Positions 29,312 to 38,695 of a stretch of DNA of 48,017 nt are shown piece by piece. How positions within the stretch are numbered: the stretch's first letter is position 1; the number at the start of each line of letters is the position of its first letter. This DNA comes from Candidatus Eiseniibacteriota bacterium (lineage in GTDB: Bacteria > Eisenbacteria > RBG-16-71-46), in NCBI GenBank assembly GCA_031364845.1, contig JANLWX010000032.1:1-48017 (forward strand), written 5' to 3'. The notes beneath the pieces were generated by a model. The model was not told the origin of the DNA, made no database searches, and saw only the letters and a program-made list of their open reading frames with translations. Made by a program: the position numbers and the translations under genes.

Positions 29312-31897
29312 TTACCGAGCAGCCCCCGCCGCCGCCGTCTCCCCGTCTTCCTCGATCACCACCGCCTCGCTCCGCGGCGTCCCCGTCAGCACCGTCAACG
29401 TGCGGAACAACGTCCGCAGATCCAGGAGCGGCGACCGATGCTCCACATAGTACAGATCGTATTGCGTGCGCCGCTTCACCTCTTCCAGATCGCGCCCACC
29501 GCAACCCGACACCTGCGCGAGCCCCGTCACGCCCGGCAATACCGCGAAGCGCCGGTCGTACTCCGGGATCGAACCCTTCCAGCGCAGGACCTGCTCCTCG
29601 CGCTCCGGGCGCGGGCCCACCAAAGCCATCTCGCCGCGGATCACGTTCAGCAGATAGGGCAGCGTGCTCAGTCGGTGGCGGTACACCCAACGGCTCACGG
29701 GGCCGAGATCCGAACGGAAGCGCGCGCAGCTGATGCGCTCCCCGAGCAGATCCTGAACGCGGCGCTCTTCGCTGCGGCGGTCGATCGGAGCCTTGATGCG
29801 CACCGTGCGGCGCTGCAAGCGGCGGCGGGTCTTGCCGACGTGCGTCTCGTGCAGCAGGAAGGTGCCCTGCTTCATGCGGTTGGCTTCGAGCCACATCAGC
29901 GCCCACAGCGGCGAGGTGAATGCGAGCATCGCGAGCGCGGTCGCGCCTTCGAGCACGGTCCGCAGGCTGTCGGTCCACCGCGTGCGCTCGGGCACGAGCC
30001 GCAGCGGCGACACGGCGGCGGGCAGTGCGACGACCGGCGTTTCGGGCGCCAGCTCGAACGGATCGTGCACCGGCTCGGTGTACTCGGGAACGATGCGATG
30101 GAGCCATTGCTTCACTTCGGTCGGATCGCCGCGGCGCGCGACGACTTCGAGTTCACCGATCTCACGGCGCAGCGTTTCTTCGTCCTTTGAGTCGAGATCC
30201 CACACGAGAATGCGCTGATGACGCGTCATGCGCATGCGCTCGGCATCGGAGTGCAATTCCTCGTAGAGCTTCTCGCCGGGGCGCAGGCCGGTGAAGACGA
30301 TTTCGATGTCTTCGCCTTCGCGCAGGCCGGAGAGCCGCACGAGCTGGCGCGCGAGGTCGACGATGCGAACCTGTTCGCCCATGTCGAGCAGCATGACCTC
30401 GCCGCCCTTGCCCATCGCGCCGGCCTGGATCACGAGGCGCACGGCTTCGGGAATGGTCATGAAGTAGCGGCGCGTTTCGGGATGCGTCACCGTGATCGGT
30501 CCGCCGCGGCGGATCTGCTGCTGGAACAGCGGAATCACCGAGCCCGCGCTGCCGAGCACGTTGCCGAAGCGCACCGCGATGAAGCGCGTTCGGCTGCGCT
30601 GCGAGCGCGCCTGGAGGATCATTTCGCACACGCGCTTGGAGGTTCCCATCACGCTGCTCGGATTCACGGCCTTGTCGGTCGAGATCAGCACGAACTTGTT
30701 GACGCCCGCGCGCTCGGCGGCATCGACCAGATTGCGGGTCCCGAGCACGTTGTTGAGCACGGCCTCGCGCGGAGCGGTCTCCATCAGCGGAACGTGCTTG
30801 TGCGCGGCCGCATGGAACACGACGTTGGGCTGATAGCGCTGAAAGATCTGATCCAGGCCTTCGCCGTCCTTGATGTCGGCGATGATCACGCGCGTCGACA
30901 ACTCGGGGAAGTTCGCGGCGATCTCGTGCTGGACGTAGTAGAGGCTGTTCTCGTTGTGGTCGAGCAGCACCAGCTCGGAGGGGCCGATCGCGGCGGCCTG
31001 GCGCACGAGCTCGGATCCGATCGATCCGCCGGCGCCGGTCACGAGCACGCGCTGTCCGCGCAGGAACGCGCCGACTTCGTTCATGTCGAGATGGATCGGC
31101 TCGCGGCCGAGAAGATCCTCGATGCGGACGTCGCGGATCTGGGACAGCGCGGTCTTGCCCGCCTGGAGATCGCTCAGGCCCGGCAGCGTCTTCACCCCGA
31201 CGTTCGCCTCGGCGCAGAAGCTCGCGATCTCGCGGACGACCTTGCCCGGGATGTCGGGATCCGAGATGACGACCATCTCGATGCGGCGGTCGGGAATGAT
31301 GTGCGCGAGGTCGGCGATGGTGCCGAGCACGCGCACGCCTTCCACCATGCTGCCGGTGAGGCGCGCGTCGTCGTCGATGAATCCGATCGGAAGCAGCCGT
31401 TCGCCCGAAGCGTCGCCGCGGCGCATTTCCTGGATCAGGTGCACACCGGTGTGATCCGCGCCGACCACGAGCGCGCGCAGCGAACGCTGCGGCTCCGGAC
31501 CCAGCACGCGCTCCCGCGAAAGACGCCACGCGAATCGCATGCCTCCGAGCAGCACCACTTCCCACAGCCACACGACGATGATGATGCTGCGCGGGAACAA
31601 CAGCTCGGGCGTGAAGAGCATGATCAAGCCGAGGGAAACCGCGGACAGCGTGACACCCTTGAACACCTGGAACAGCGTCACCGTGCTCGCGTAGCGCCAC
31701 ACACCGTGATAGAGCCCGGCCACGAAGAACGCGGCGAGCGACAGCAGTGTGAACACCGGCGCGATCTGGAGGTAGCCCATCCAGTAGCGGTGCGGGATCT
31801 GACCTTCGAAGCGGAGGAGCAGTGCGGCCAGGTAGGAGACCTGAACGACGGCCGCATAGCCGAGCGTCAGCAGCAGAACGCGGGGTATGTTTCGCAA
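29312..31897 (-). CDS. CapD/PglF-type membrane nucleotide-sugar 4,6-dehydratase fused to a C-terminal bacterial sugar transferase (PGT)-like domain
   Basis: 4 TM helices; CoA-binding-like domain; IEDLLGRE; TGAGGSIGSE; HAAAHKHVP; STDKAVNP.SVMG.SK; RFGNVLGS; then LLNVIRGEMALVGPRPE, PGVTGLAQV, YDLYYV. Confidence 0.9.
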   Translation of the reverse strand: MRNIPRVLLLTLGYAAVVQVSYLAALLLRFEGQIPHRYWMGYLQIAPVFTLLSLAAFFVAGLYHGVWRYASTVTLFQVFKGVTLSAVSLGLIMLFTPELLFPRSIIIVVWLWEVVLLGGMRFAWRLSRERVLGPEPQRSLRALVVGADHTGVHLIQEMRRGDASGERLLPIGFIDDDARLTGSMVEGVRVLGTIADLAHIIPDRRIEMVVISDPDIPGKVVREIASFCAEANVGVKTLPGLSDLQAGKTALSQIRDVRIEDLLGREPIHLDMNEVGAFLRGQRVLVTGAGGSIGSELVRQAAAIGPSELVLLDHNENSLYYVQHEIAANFPELSTRVIIADIKDGEGLDQIFQRYQPNVVFHAAAHKHVPLMETAPREAVLNNVLGTRNLVDAAERAGVNKFVLISTDKAVNPSSVMGTSKRVCEMILQARSQRSRTRFIAVRFGNVLGSAGSVIPLFQQQIRRGGPITVTHPETRRYFMTIPEAVRLVIQAGAMGKGGEVMLLDMGEQVRIVDLARQLVRLSGLREGEDIEIVFTGLRPGEKLYEELHSDAERMRMTRHQRILVWDLDSKDEETLRREIGELEVVARRGDPTEVKQWLHRIVPEYTEPVHDPFELAPETPVVALPAAVSPLRLVPERTRWTDSLRTVLEGATALAMLAFTSPLWALMWLEANRMKQGTFLLHETHVGKTRRRLQRRTVRIKAPIDRRSEERRVQDLLGERISCARFRSDLGPVSRWVYRHRLSTLPYLLNVIRGEMALVGPRPEREEQVLRWKGSIPEYDRRFAVLPGVTGLAQVSGCGGRDLEEVKRRTQYDLYYVEHRSPLLDLRTLFRTLTVLTGTPRSEAVVIEEDGETAAAGAAR

Positions 31898-32700
31898 GAC
31901 TCTGGCTCCTGTGCGTTCGCGGCGGCCGGTTGAGGCACGCGCGGGGAATCCGTTCCACGGTCCCAGGCCGGAAGATGCTGTGGCTCGAGTCCGATCAGGG
32001 GTTCATTCGACATGGAAGGTTATCGGCCGCGCTACAGCGAGACTCATGCCTGAAAAGCTCGAACGGCGACACTTTGACGCATTTCGACCGAGCGTGCGCG
32101 GCGGGCGGGTGATTCCACCCAGCGCGGCGATATCGACGACGCCCCGATGCCGCAGAGCATTCATGGCTCGCGACTCGCGACCGGCAAAGGCAAGCGCCAC
32201 TGAACCGATTCAATCACATGACGTTACCTGTGTCGATCAAAGCGAAAGGTGCGGTTCCAGCTCACTTATTCCGCGGCGCTTCGAACTGTTCTGAAGGGCG
32301 CGAGCGGATCGGGGGCGGTGTGAGGGAACGCACAACTTTTCGGCGATCCGAGGTCCTGCTCGCGCCACAACCTCCCACCGTTCACCGAGCCGGCAATAGT
32401 GTCGTCATTCTCGACGACGCATCGAGTACCTCGGCGAACCAACGGTCAGCTCCAGCGAACCGGAGGTCTCGATGCCGAGACGCAGTCGCCGTAACCCGAC
32501 CGCGCGTGGGATTTGCCTCGACAGCAGTAAGGGACAGGGCTAACGTCAGATCCGGACGGGCCCACCCCTCGAGTGACCGCACCCCTTGCCAGGCACTCAC
32601 AGATCGGGGCGGTCCCCCGCCCGTCCCCGTTGCTGGAGTTCGGGCCGCCGCCCGTTCGCAAAGGGTTGCGATCGAGCGGATCCGTATGGGGTGAGGTCGC

Positions 32701-35232
32701 ATGATCGGGCGCACGATCGGGCGCTTCGTCGTCATCGAGAAGCTGGGTGAAGGTGGGATGGCCACGGTGTGGAAAGCCCGTGACTCCCTCCTCGATCGCA
32801 GTGTGGCCCTCAAGGTCATCATTCCGGCGCTGTCCGAAGATCCCGACGTCCGCCGGCGCTTTCACCACGAAGCCGAAGTCGCGACCCGGCTGGATCATCC
32901 CGGCATCGCTTCAGTCTATGGGTCGGGCAGCGAGGACGGTGTCACCTACCTCGCCATGGCGTGCATCGACGGCGAGACGCTCGACGCGCGGCTCGCGCGC
33001 GGGCTGATGCCGCTCACCGCGGCCATCGACATGATCCGAGCCGCGGCCGATGCGCTCGGCTTCGCGCACGACCAGGGTGTGGTCCATCGCGACGTCACGA
33101 GCCGCAACATCATGCTCGCGCGCGATGGCCGCGTGTTCGTGCTCGACTTCGGTCTCGCGAAGGCGACCGGTGTCTCGCGGATCACCTCCCGCAACACGAT
33201 GGTCGGAACCGTGGCCTACATGGCACCGGAACTGTTCATGGGCCGCGATGCCGACGCGTGCAGCGACCTCTACGGCCTCGGCGTCGTGTTCTACGAAGCG
33301 CTGACGGGTTCGCTGCCGTTCGATGCCGATTCGCCGGAAGTCCTGCGCTACGCCGCGCTCAATCAGAATCCGCGTCCGCCGCGTGAGCGCCGGCCGGAGA
33401 TTTCCGCAGCACTCGAACGTGTCGTTCTCAAGGCGATGGCGCGCGAGCCCGAACAGCGTCATCACACGACGCGTGAGTTCCTCGACGATCTCGGCTCCGT
33501 CGCAGAGTTCGCCTCACGCGACGAGCACCCTCCCGCCGCCTCACCCGCCGCGCGGGTCGTGGCCGAACGCTCGGTCGTCCATCTCGGCGTGCTCCCCATT
33601 CGGTGGAACGAGCACTCCGAGGAACTCGATGCGACCGGCCGGCAGTTCGCCGCCGATCTCGAGGCCGCGTTGCGTGATTCGTTGGCCCGCGCCGGCAGGA
33701 TCCATGTGGTTCCGGGTTCGGGCCCTGCGCCCGACGGCGACTCGATGACCGGACTGCGAGCGTTCGCGCGCTCGATCGGCGCCCACGTGCTCCTGCGCGG
33801 CAGCCTGCGGCGGCGCGGCTCGCTGCTTCGGTTCGGCTACGCGCTCGTCGATCCCGAAGCGGGACTTCAGATCGGCGGCGGTTCGCTGAGCGGATCGCTC
33901 GCGGAAACGTTCGACTTCGAGGATCGCATCATCGCCCACGTATGCGACCAACTGGGGCGCGAGCAGGTGCGCGCGGAGCGCAAGGGTCATCGGTCGAAGG
34001 ATCCGGCCGCCGAGCATCGCTACGCTCAGGCGCTCGCGTGCCTGCGACGCTACGACAGCGAGGCGTCGGTCGACGGAGCGATCCGGCTGCTGGAGGACGC
34101 AATTGAAACGGGAACCGGCACGGCGCTGCACCACGCGACCCTGGTGCGCGCCGCACTGCGCAAGCACGAGTACACGCAGCTGCCGTTGTGGGAAGGGCGA
34201 GCCGCGATGGCGTGTCAGCGGGCACTCGAACTCGCACCCGAACTGCCCGAGGTGCAGCTCGCGGTCGGCGAACTGAAGCGCGCGACCGGACAGCACGACG
34301 CGGCGATGGCGGCCTTCGAAATCGCGCTGGCTTCGGCATCGACCTGCCATGACGCGATGCTCGGGATCGCACGCACGCATGCGGAGGCCGGCCGCATGGC
34401 CGAAGCGGAAGCGGCCGCGCGCAGCGCGATCGCGGATCAGCCGAAGGACTGGCGCGGGCACAACCTGATGGGCTGGATCCACATTCAGAACGGCCATCAC
34501 GATCGCGCGGTCGATAGTCAGTTGCGCGTTCTGGAGCTGACCCCGGACAACGCGCGCGGACTCAGCAATCTCGGAACCGCGTACTACCGCCTCAACGACT
34601 TCGACCGCGCGATCGACGCGTATCGCCGGTCGTTGGAGATCCAGCCGAGCCACATTCGCGGATATACGAATCTCGGAACGGCGCTGTACTTCGATCACCA
34701 GCACCAGCCGGCAATCGAAGCATTGCGCAAGGCGACCGTGATCGCGCCGTCCGACCCCCATCTGTGGGGCAATCTCGGCAACGCCTGTCATTGGGTCAGC
34801 GGCTACGAGGACGAGGCACGGACGGCGCTCGACCGCGCGATCGGGTTGATGCGGGAACGGCTCGAGCGCACACCGGGCGTGGCGCAGTGGTGGGCCGAGC
34901 TCGGCGGATGGTTGAGCAACCGCGGCCAACTTCAGGAAGCGGAACGTGTCATTCAGAGAGCACTCGAGCTCGCGCCGAATGACGGCTCGGTGATGATGCT
35001 GGCGGCTCATGTCTATCGCGGCATCGGCGATCGCAAAGCCTGCTATCACTGGCTGCGCGCGGCGCGGGATGCCGGTTACGGATTCGGAGAGTTTGCGCGC
35101 AGCATCGAACTTGCGCCCCTGCGCGAGGACCCTGAGCTCATGCAGTTCATCCAGAATGTTTCACCGCCGCCCGCCAATGGGGCCCGAGTCACCGAAGCGA
35201 AGTCCGTCGATCCTCAAGGAGGGCGTACATGA
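32701..35232 (+). CDS. Hanks-type protein kinase with TolB-N-like and TPR domains
   Basis: LGEGGMATVW, VALK, HRDVTSRN, DFGLAK, GTVAYMAPE, SDLYGLG; multiple TPRs; no TM segment. Confidence 0.92.
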   Translation: MIGRTIGRFVVIEKLGEGGMATVWKARDSLLDRSVALKVIIPALSEDPDVRRRFHHEAEVATRLDHPGIASVYGSGSEDGVTYLAMACIDGETLDARLARGLMPLTAAIDMIRAAADALGFAHDQGVVHRDVTSRNIMLARDGRVFVLDFGLAKATGVSRITSRNTMVGTVAYMAPELFMGRDADACSDLYGLGVVFYEALTGSLPFDADSPEVLRYAALNQNPRPPRERRPEISAALERVVLKAMAREPEQRHHTTREFLDDLGSVAEFASRDEHPPAASPAARVVAERSVVHLGVLPIRWNEHSEELDATGRQFAADLEAALRDSLARAGRIHVVPGSGPAPDGDSMTGLRAFARSIGAHVLLRGSLRRRGSLLRFGYALVDPEAGLQIGGGSLSGSLAETFDFEDRIIAHVCDQLGREQVRAERKGHRSKDPAAEHRYAQALACLRRYDSEASVDGAIRLLEDAIETGTGTALHHATLVRAALRKHEYTQLPLWEGRAAMACQRALELAPELPEVQLAVGELKRATGQHDAAMAAFEIALASASTCHDAMLGIARTHAEAGRMAEAEAAARSAIADQPKDWRGHNLMGWIHIQNGHHDRAVDSQLRVLELTPDNARGLSNLGTAYYRLNDFDRAIDAYRRSLEIQPSHIRGYTNLGTALYFDHQHQPAIEALRKATVIAPSDPHLWGNLGNACHWVSGYEDEARTALDRAIGLMRERLERTPGVAQWWAELGGWLSNRGQLQEAERVIQRALELAPNDGSVMMLAAHVYRGIGDRKACYHWLRAARDAGYGFGEFARSIELAPLREDPELMQFIQNVSPPPANGARVTEAKSVDPQGGRT

Positions 35233-35669
35233 GAGTGCAAAACATTCACCGTCATGCACTGTGGTTCGGACTCGCCGCCGCCATCTCTCTCGCTGGATGC
35301 ATCGGTGGTTCGAGTCCACCGCAACCCACCGCCGTCACCGAGATGGGCAAGCCCATCTTCCTGAACCCGGGAGTGACTGCGTCCGCACCGGGGACGGTCT
35401 CGAGAAACAAGACGAGAGTGAGCATGTCCACCGAAAAGCGTGTGCGATGGACGAATGCCACGACGGTTCAGCAGAAGATCCAATTCACCCAGGCGCACTG
35501 GATCTTCGAAGAGCCGTATCAGTCCAGCATCATCGTGGATGGAGGACGGAAGACGGGCTGGTTCAATATTCGCGCGGATGTCGTCGTCGGGGTCGAGCAC
35601 CCGTACAACGTCGTGCCGCTGCTGAGCACCGGACCTCCCGGCGAACCGACGGTCACGGCGGACCCATAG
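35229..35669 (+). CDS. Small lipoprotein of unknown function
   Basis: AAGGAGG RBS; ATGA overlap with the kinase stop; lipobox LAGC; beta-rich mature domain. Confidence 0.75.
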   Translation: MRVQNIHRHALWFGLAAAISLAGCIGGSSPPQPTAVTEMGKPIFLNPGVTASAPGTVSRNKTRVSMSTEKRVRWTNATTVQQKIQFTQAHWIFEEPYQSSIIVDGGRKTGWFNIRADVVVGVEHPYNVVPLLSTGPPGEPTVTADP

Positions 35670-37679
35670 ATGAGACCTTCGATGCCGGATCCGGGCGCCG
35701 CGCGCGGGGATCACTCCCGCGCGGCGCGACTGTTCGTGATGCTGTTGGCCGTAGCAATGTGCGGCTGCGCGCCGCTCGATCCTCCGTCGCTCGCGCCGGG
35801 CGAGGACGCGATCGACTTGGTGCATCGGGGATCGTTCGCCTCCGCCGACGCGGCGAGCCGCAGCGCAACGCTCCTGCCGGCGCCCGCCCATCATCGCCGC
35901 TGGTTTCCGTGGTTCTTTCCACGCCCCATTCCGAGACGGCTTCCGAATGTCCCGCTCATCGACGATGCTTTGCTGAGACGCATCGCGGCGCCGATTCCAG
36001 GCGCGCGCGAAACGTTGTTCATCACGTTCAACGACTCGCTGCGCATCCAACCGTTCGGGTATTGGCCGGTACCGGGAACCAAGCGCGACTCCGCATTCGG
36101 CCTCACCGCCGACAGTCTCATACTGACTGCCACGGGACGGATTCAGCTACTCGCCGCCCAGCGCGCCGCGCGATACACCGCGGACTCGCTGGACCTCACG
36201 AACAATTATGGCGCGACGATCCTCAAGAAGTACTGGCTGATCCAGGCGTTCTTGGTGGAAATGCCATTGGCCAGCGTCGACACGCTGTCGAAGCGGCCGG
36301 GGCTCCTCTACATCCGGCCCAATCGAGGCAACCCGCCACCCAACGATCCGATTCCCGGCAACGACGCCGGGGTCGCCGCCGCCAACGTCGGCACGCGTCA
36401 CTACCGTGACGACCTGGGGCTCGAAGGCGAATGGACGGCGCTGCTGGACACGGGTGTTCGGACCCAGCACGAACTGCTGTGTGGCGAGGACGGTTCCAGC
36501 CGCGTCTGTCTGATGGCGGACGCCATCACCGGCGACGGCATGGCCACGAGCAACTTCACGTGCAACATACTGCCGGGTTGCGATGCCCAGGCCGGCGAGG
36601 ACTACACCGAAAACGGGCACGGGACGGCTTCCGCCGCGATCCTCGTCGGCAACAATCGGCTGGGGGACCGATACCGCGGCGTGACGAATACGTCGCTCGA
36701 CTGCATCCGCGTGTACGATTCGTCTCAACTCTCATCCACGGATGCTGCGGTATCCGCGTACGAGATCGCGACGCGCCGGCTCGACCGCGTCATGGCAGTG
36801 GAGATGCAGGAGCGCACGCTCGGCGACATCGCCGTCGCGACCCGCAATGCCTACGATGCGGGTATCGCTATCATCGCCGCGAACGGCAACGACGCGGCTT
36901 ACGTCTCCACAAGCCCGGCGACGGAACGCCTCGCGATCGGCGTCGGCGCCTACGATGTGGAAGATGAAATCCCGGACGCGAGCTTGTCGGCGGGCATCAC
37001 GGCGGACGGCCGCAACAAACCCGACGTGATCGCACCCACGAACACCGAAACCGCAGCCTATGATCCGACAAATTCGAGCTATAAGGTCGGAATCTTCCCG
37101 GGCACCAGCGGTGCGACCCCGTACATCGCGGGTGCCGCATCGCTGATCAGCGGATGGCTGAGGATCGGTCCGCAGCCGGCACGCGACGCCGGGCAGGTCT
37201 ACTCGGTGCTCATGATGTCCGGCGATCAGCCCGGGCCGTTCTCTGCGGCGACCCGCTACGGCACCGGGCGCACGAAACTGCCGCCATCGGGCGAGGCTGT
37301 GTTCGGCAAGACGTGGGTGTCGTTCAACGCTCCGACGGTCGACATTCCGATCGTCATCGACAATACGTCGGCCAATCCCGTGACGCGCATCGACGCCGCA
37401 ATCTGGTGGCCCGAACTGACCGAGATGCAGGGCAACGTGCCGATCGACACGCACAGCGATGTCGACGTGTCACTCCACGAACCGGGCCTGTTCGGCGGGC
37501 GCGTCGCCGCGAGCAACGGAATCGGAGGCGTGTTCGAGAAGATCTCGTACGAGAACACGGCCGGCATTCAGAGCGGAAAGTGGAAGCTGCGCATCCACGG
37601 ATATTCGATCCTGCGGCCGCCGCAGATTGTGTACTGGAGCTTGCGGCTGAAGCACGGAGCGAGCGTGGCAATTCCGTAG
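35670..37679 (+). CDS. S8 subtilisin-like serine peptidase, probably a lipoprotein
   Basis: LLDTG (Asp), GHGT (His), AANGN (oxyanion), KPDVIAP, GTSGATP (Ser); hydrophobic N-region ending MCGC; C-terminal beta-sandwich. Confidence 0.88.
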   Translation: MRPSMPDPGAARGDHSRAARLFVMLLAVAMCGCAPLDPPSLAPGEDAIDLVHRGSFASADAASRSATLLPAPAHHRRWFPWFFPRPIPRRLPNVPLIDDALLRRIAAPIPGARETLFITFNDSLRIQPFGYWPVPGTKRDSAFGLTADSLILTATGRIQLLAAQRAARYTADSLDLTNNYGATILKKYWLIQAFLVEMPLASVDTLSKRPGLLYIRPNRGNPPPNDPIPGNDAGVAAANVGTRHYRDDLGLEGEWTALLDTGVRTQHELLCGEDGSSRVCLMADAITGDGMATSNFTCNILPGCDAQAGEDYTENGHGTASAAILVGNNRLGDRYRGVTNTSLDCIRVYDSSQLSSTDAAVSAYEIATRRLDRVMAVEMQERTLGDIAVATRNAYDAGIAIIAANGNDAAYVSTSPATERLAIGVGAYDVEDEIPDASLSAGITADGRNKPDVIAPTNTETAAYDPTNSSYKVGIFPGTSGATPYIAGAASLISGWLRIGPQPARDAGQVYSVLMMSGDQPGPFSAATRYGTGRTKLPPSGEAVFGKTWVSFNAPTVDIPIVIDNTSANPVTRIDAAIWWPELTEMQGNVPIDTHSDVDVSLHEPGLFGGRVAASNGIGGVFEKISYENTAGIQSGKWKLRIHGYSILRPPQIVYWSLRLKHGASVAIP

Positions 37680-37682
37680 AGG

Positions 37683-38558
37683 CTATCGTGCGCAGGACCT
37701 CATTCTTCCCCACTCTATCATTTTCACCTTGGCCATCACGCCGAAGTGATCCGTTGCCCACACGCTGTCAGGCCCGACGGTTCGGAAGATCACCTCGCAT
37801 GCGACGACACGCGCGGCGACCGGGGTCTTGCGCTCGACGAAGATGTGATCGATCGCACCCGGATCGGGGCCGAAGCGTTTGTTGAAGGTTACGGACTGCT
37901 CGCGGGTCGCCTTCGGGTGCACGACGCGGAATGCATCGACGTACCGCGCCGTCACGAGCTTCATCTCGGACGACTCGAGTTCAGCGTTGAAGTCCCCCGC
38001 CAGCACGACCGGCCCCGCCCCACGCGTCGAATCCACGTACGCCAGCAGGTGCCGGATCTGCGTCGCGCGAATCGCTCCGCCTTCGGGCGTGTGGTGGAGG
38101 TGCGTAGAGTACGCGTCGATCGTAGTTCCGTGATAATCGAAGCGCAGGTGCGCCACCGCGCGGTAGTCGTCAACGGGTTCGAGATTGCGCGCCGCTCCCG
38201 CCAGCACACGATGCGGCGTGAGGATGGCATTGCCGTAGCGCTTGGGCCGCTCGGGACCATCGACGCTCGCGAACTGCACGTGGCAGCCGAGGCTGTCGGC
38301 GAGCGTCTCCGCCTGGTTGCGCAGGTTCGGGTTCTGCAGCACTTCCTGAAGGCAGATCACGTCCGGTCGCATCTGCCGCAATTCCGAGACGATCCGCTCG
38401 AGCCGCTTCGGCCATTCGTGCTGGTCGTGCCACAGATTGAGCGTCACGACGGTCAAGGTATCCGTCGTCCGCGGCGCGCCCGCGGCGGTCTGTGCGGAGA
38501 ACATGATTGAGACTCCAGCCAAACACCGGATCATCACGTGAAGACAGCTTGCAGTCAT
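37683..38558 (-). CDS. Endonuclease/exonuclease/phosphatase family protein, exported
   Basis: TLNLW, PDVICLQEV, YGNAIL, THL, LAGDFN, IDHIF, TDH motifs. Start approximate. Confidence 0.9.
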   Translation of the reverse strand: MTASCLHVMIRCLAGVSIMFSAQTAAGAPRTTDTLTVVTLNLWHDQHEWPKRLERIVSELRQMRPDVICLQEVLQNPNLRNQAETLADSLGCHVQFASVDGPERPKRYGNAILTPHRVLAGAARNLEPVDDYRAVAHLRFDYHGTTIDAYSTHLHHTPEGGAIRATQIRHLLAYVDSTRGAGPVVLAGDFNAELESSEMKLVTARYVDAFRVVHPKATREQSVTFNKRFGPDPGAIDHIFVERKTPVAARVVACEVIFRTVGPDSVWATDHFGVMAKVKMIEWGRMRSCAR

Positions 38559-38695
38559 TTTGTTCCCCGTGGGAAGTTGACGATGCGAGCGGCGTGATGA
38601 GTCTACTTCATGCATTACGGCGCGGGATCAGGACACGCGACTGGGTCCCGATGCGAGACGACTGATCCGAGACTTCCTTCCCTGCGGAGCGACCT

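Noticed and set aside
27838..30190. ORFs 27838-29733(+), 28761-30107(-) and 29282-30190(+) crossing the repeat
   Set aside because: Arg/Ala/Pro-rich, overlap real genes, and their repeats simply reflect the DNA repeat.
31898..32700. 800-bp divergent intergenic region and ORF 32218-32694
   Set aside because: No RBS, domain or recognisable RNA motif; the sigma54-like sequence at ~32183-32200 (-) has GG-N11-GC, which is the wrong spacing.
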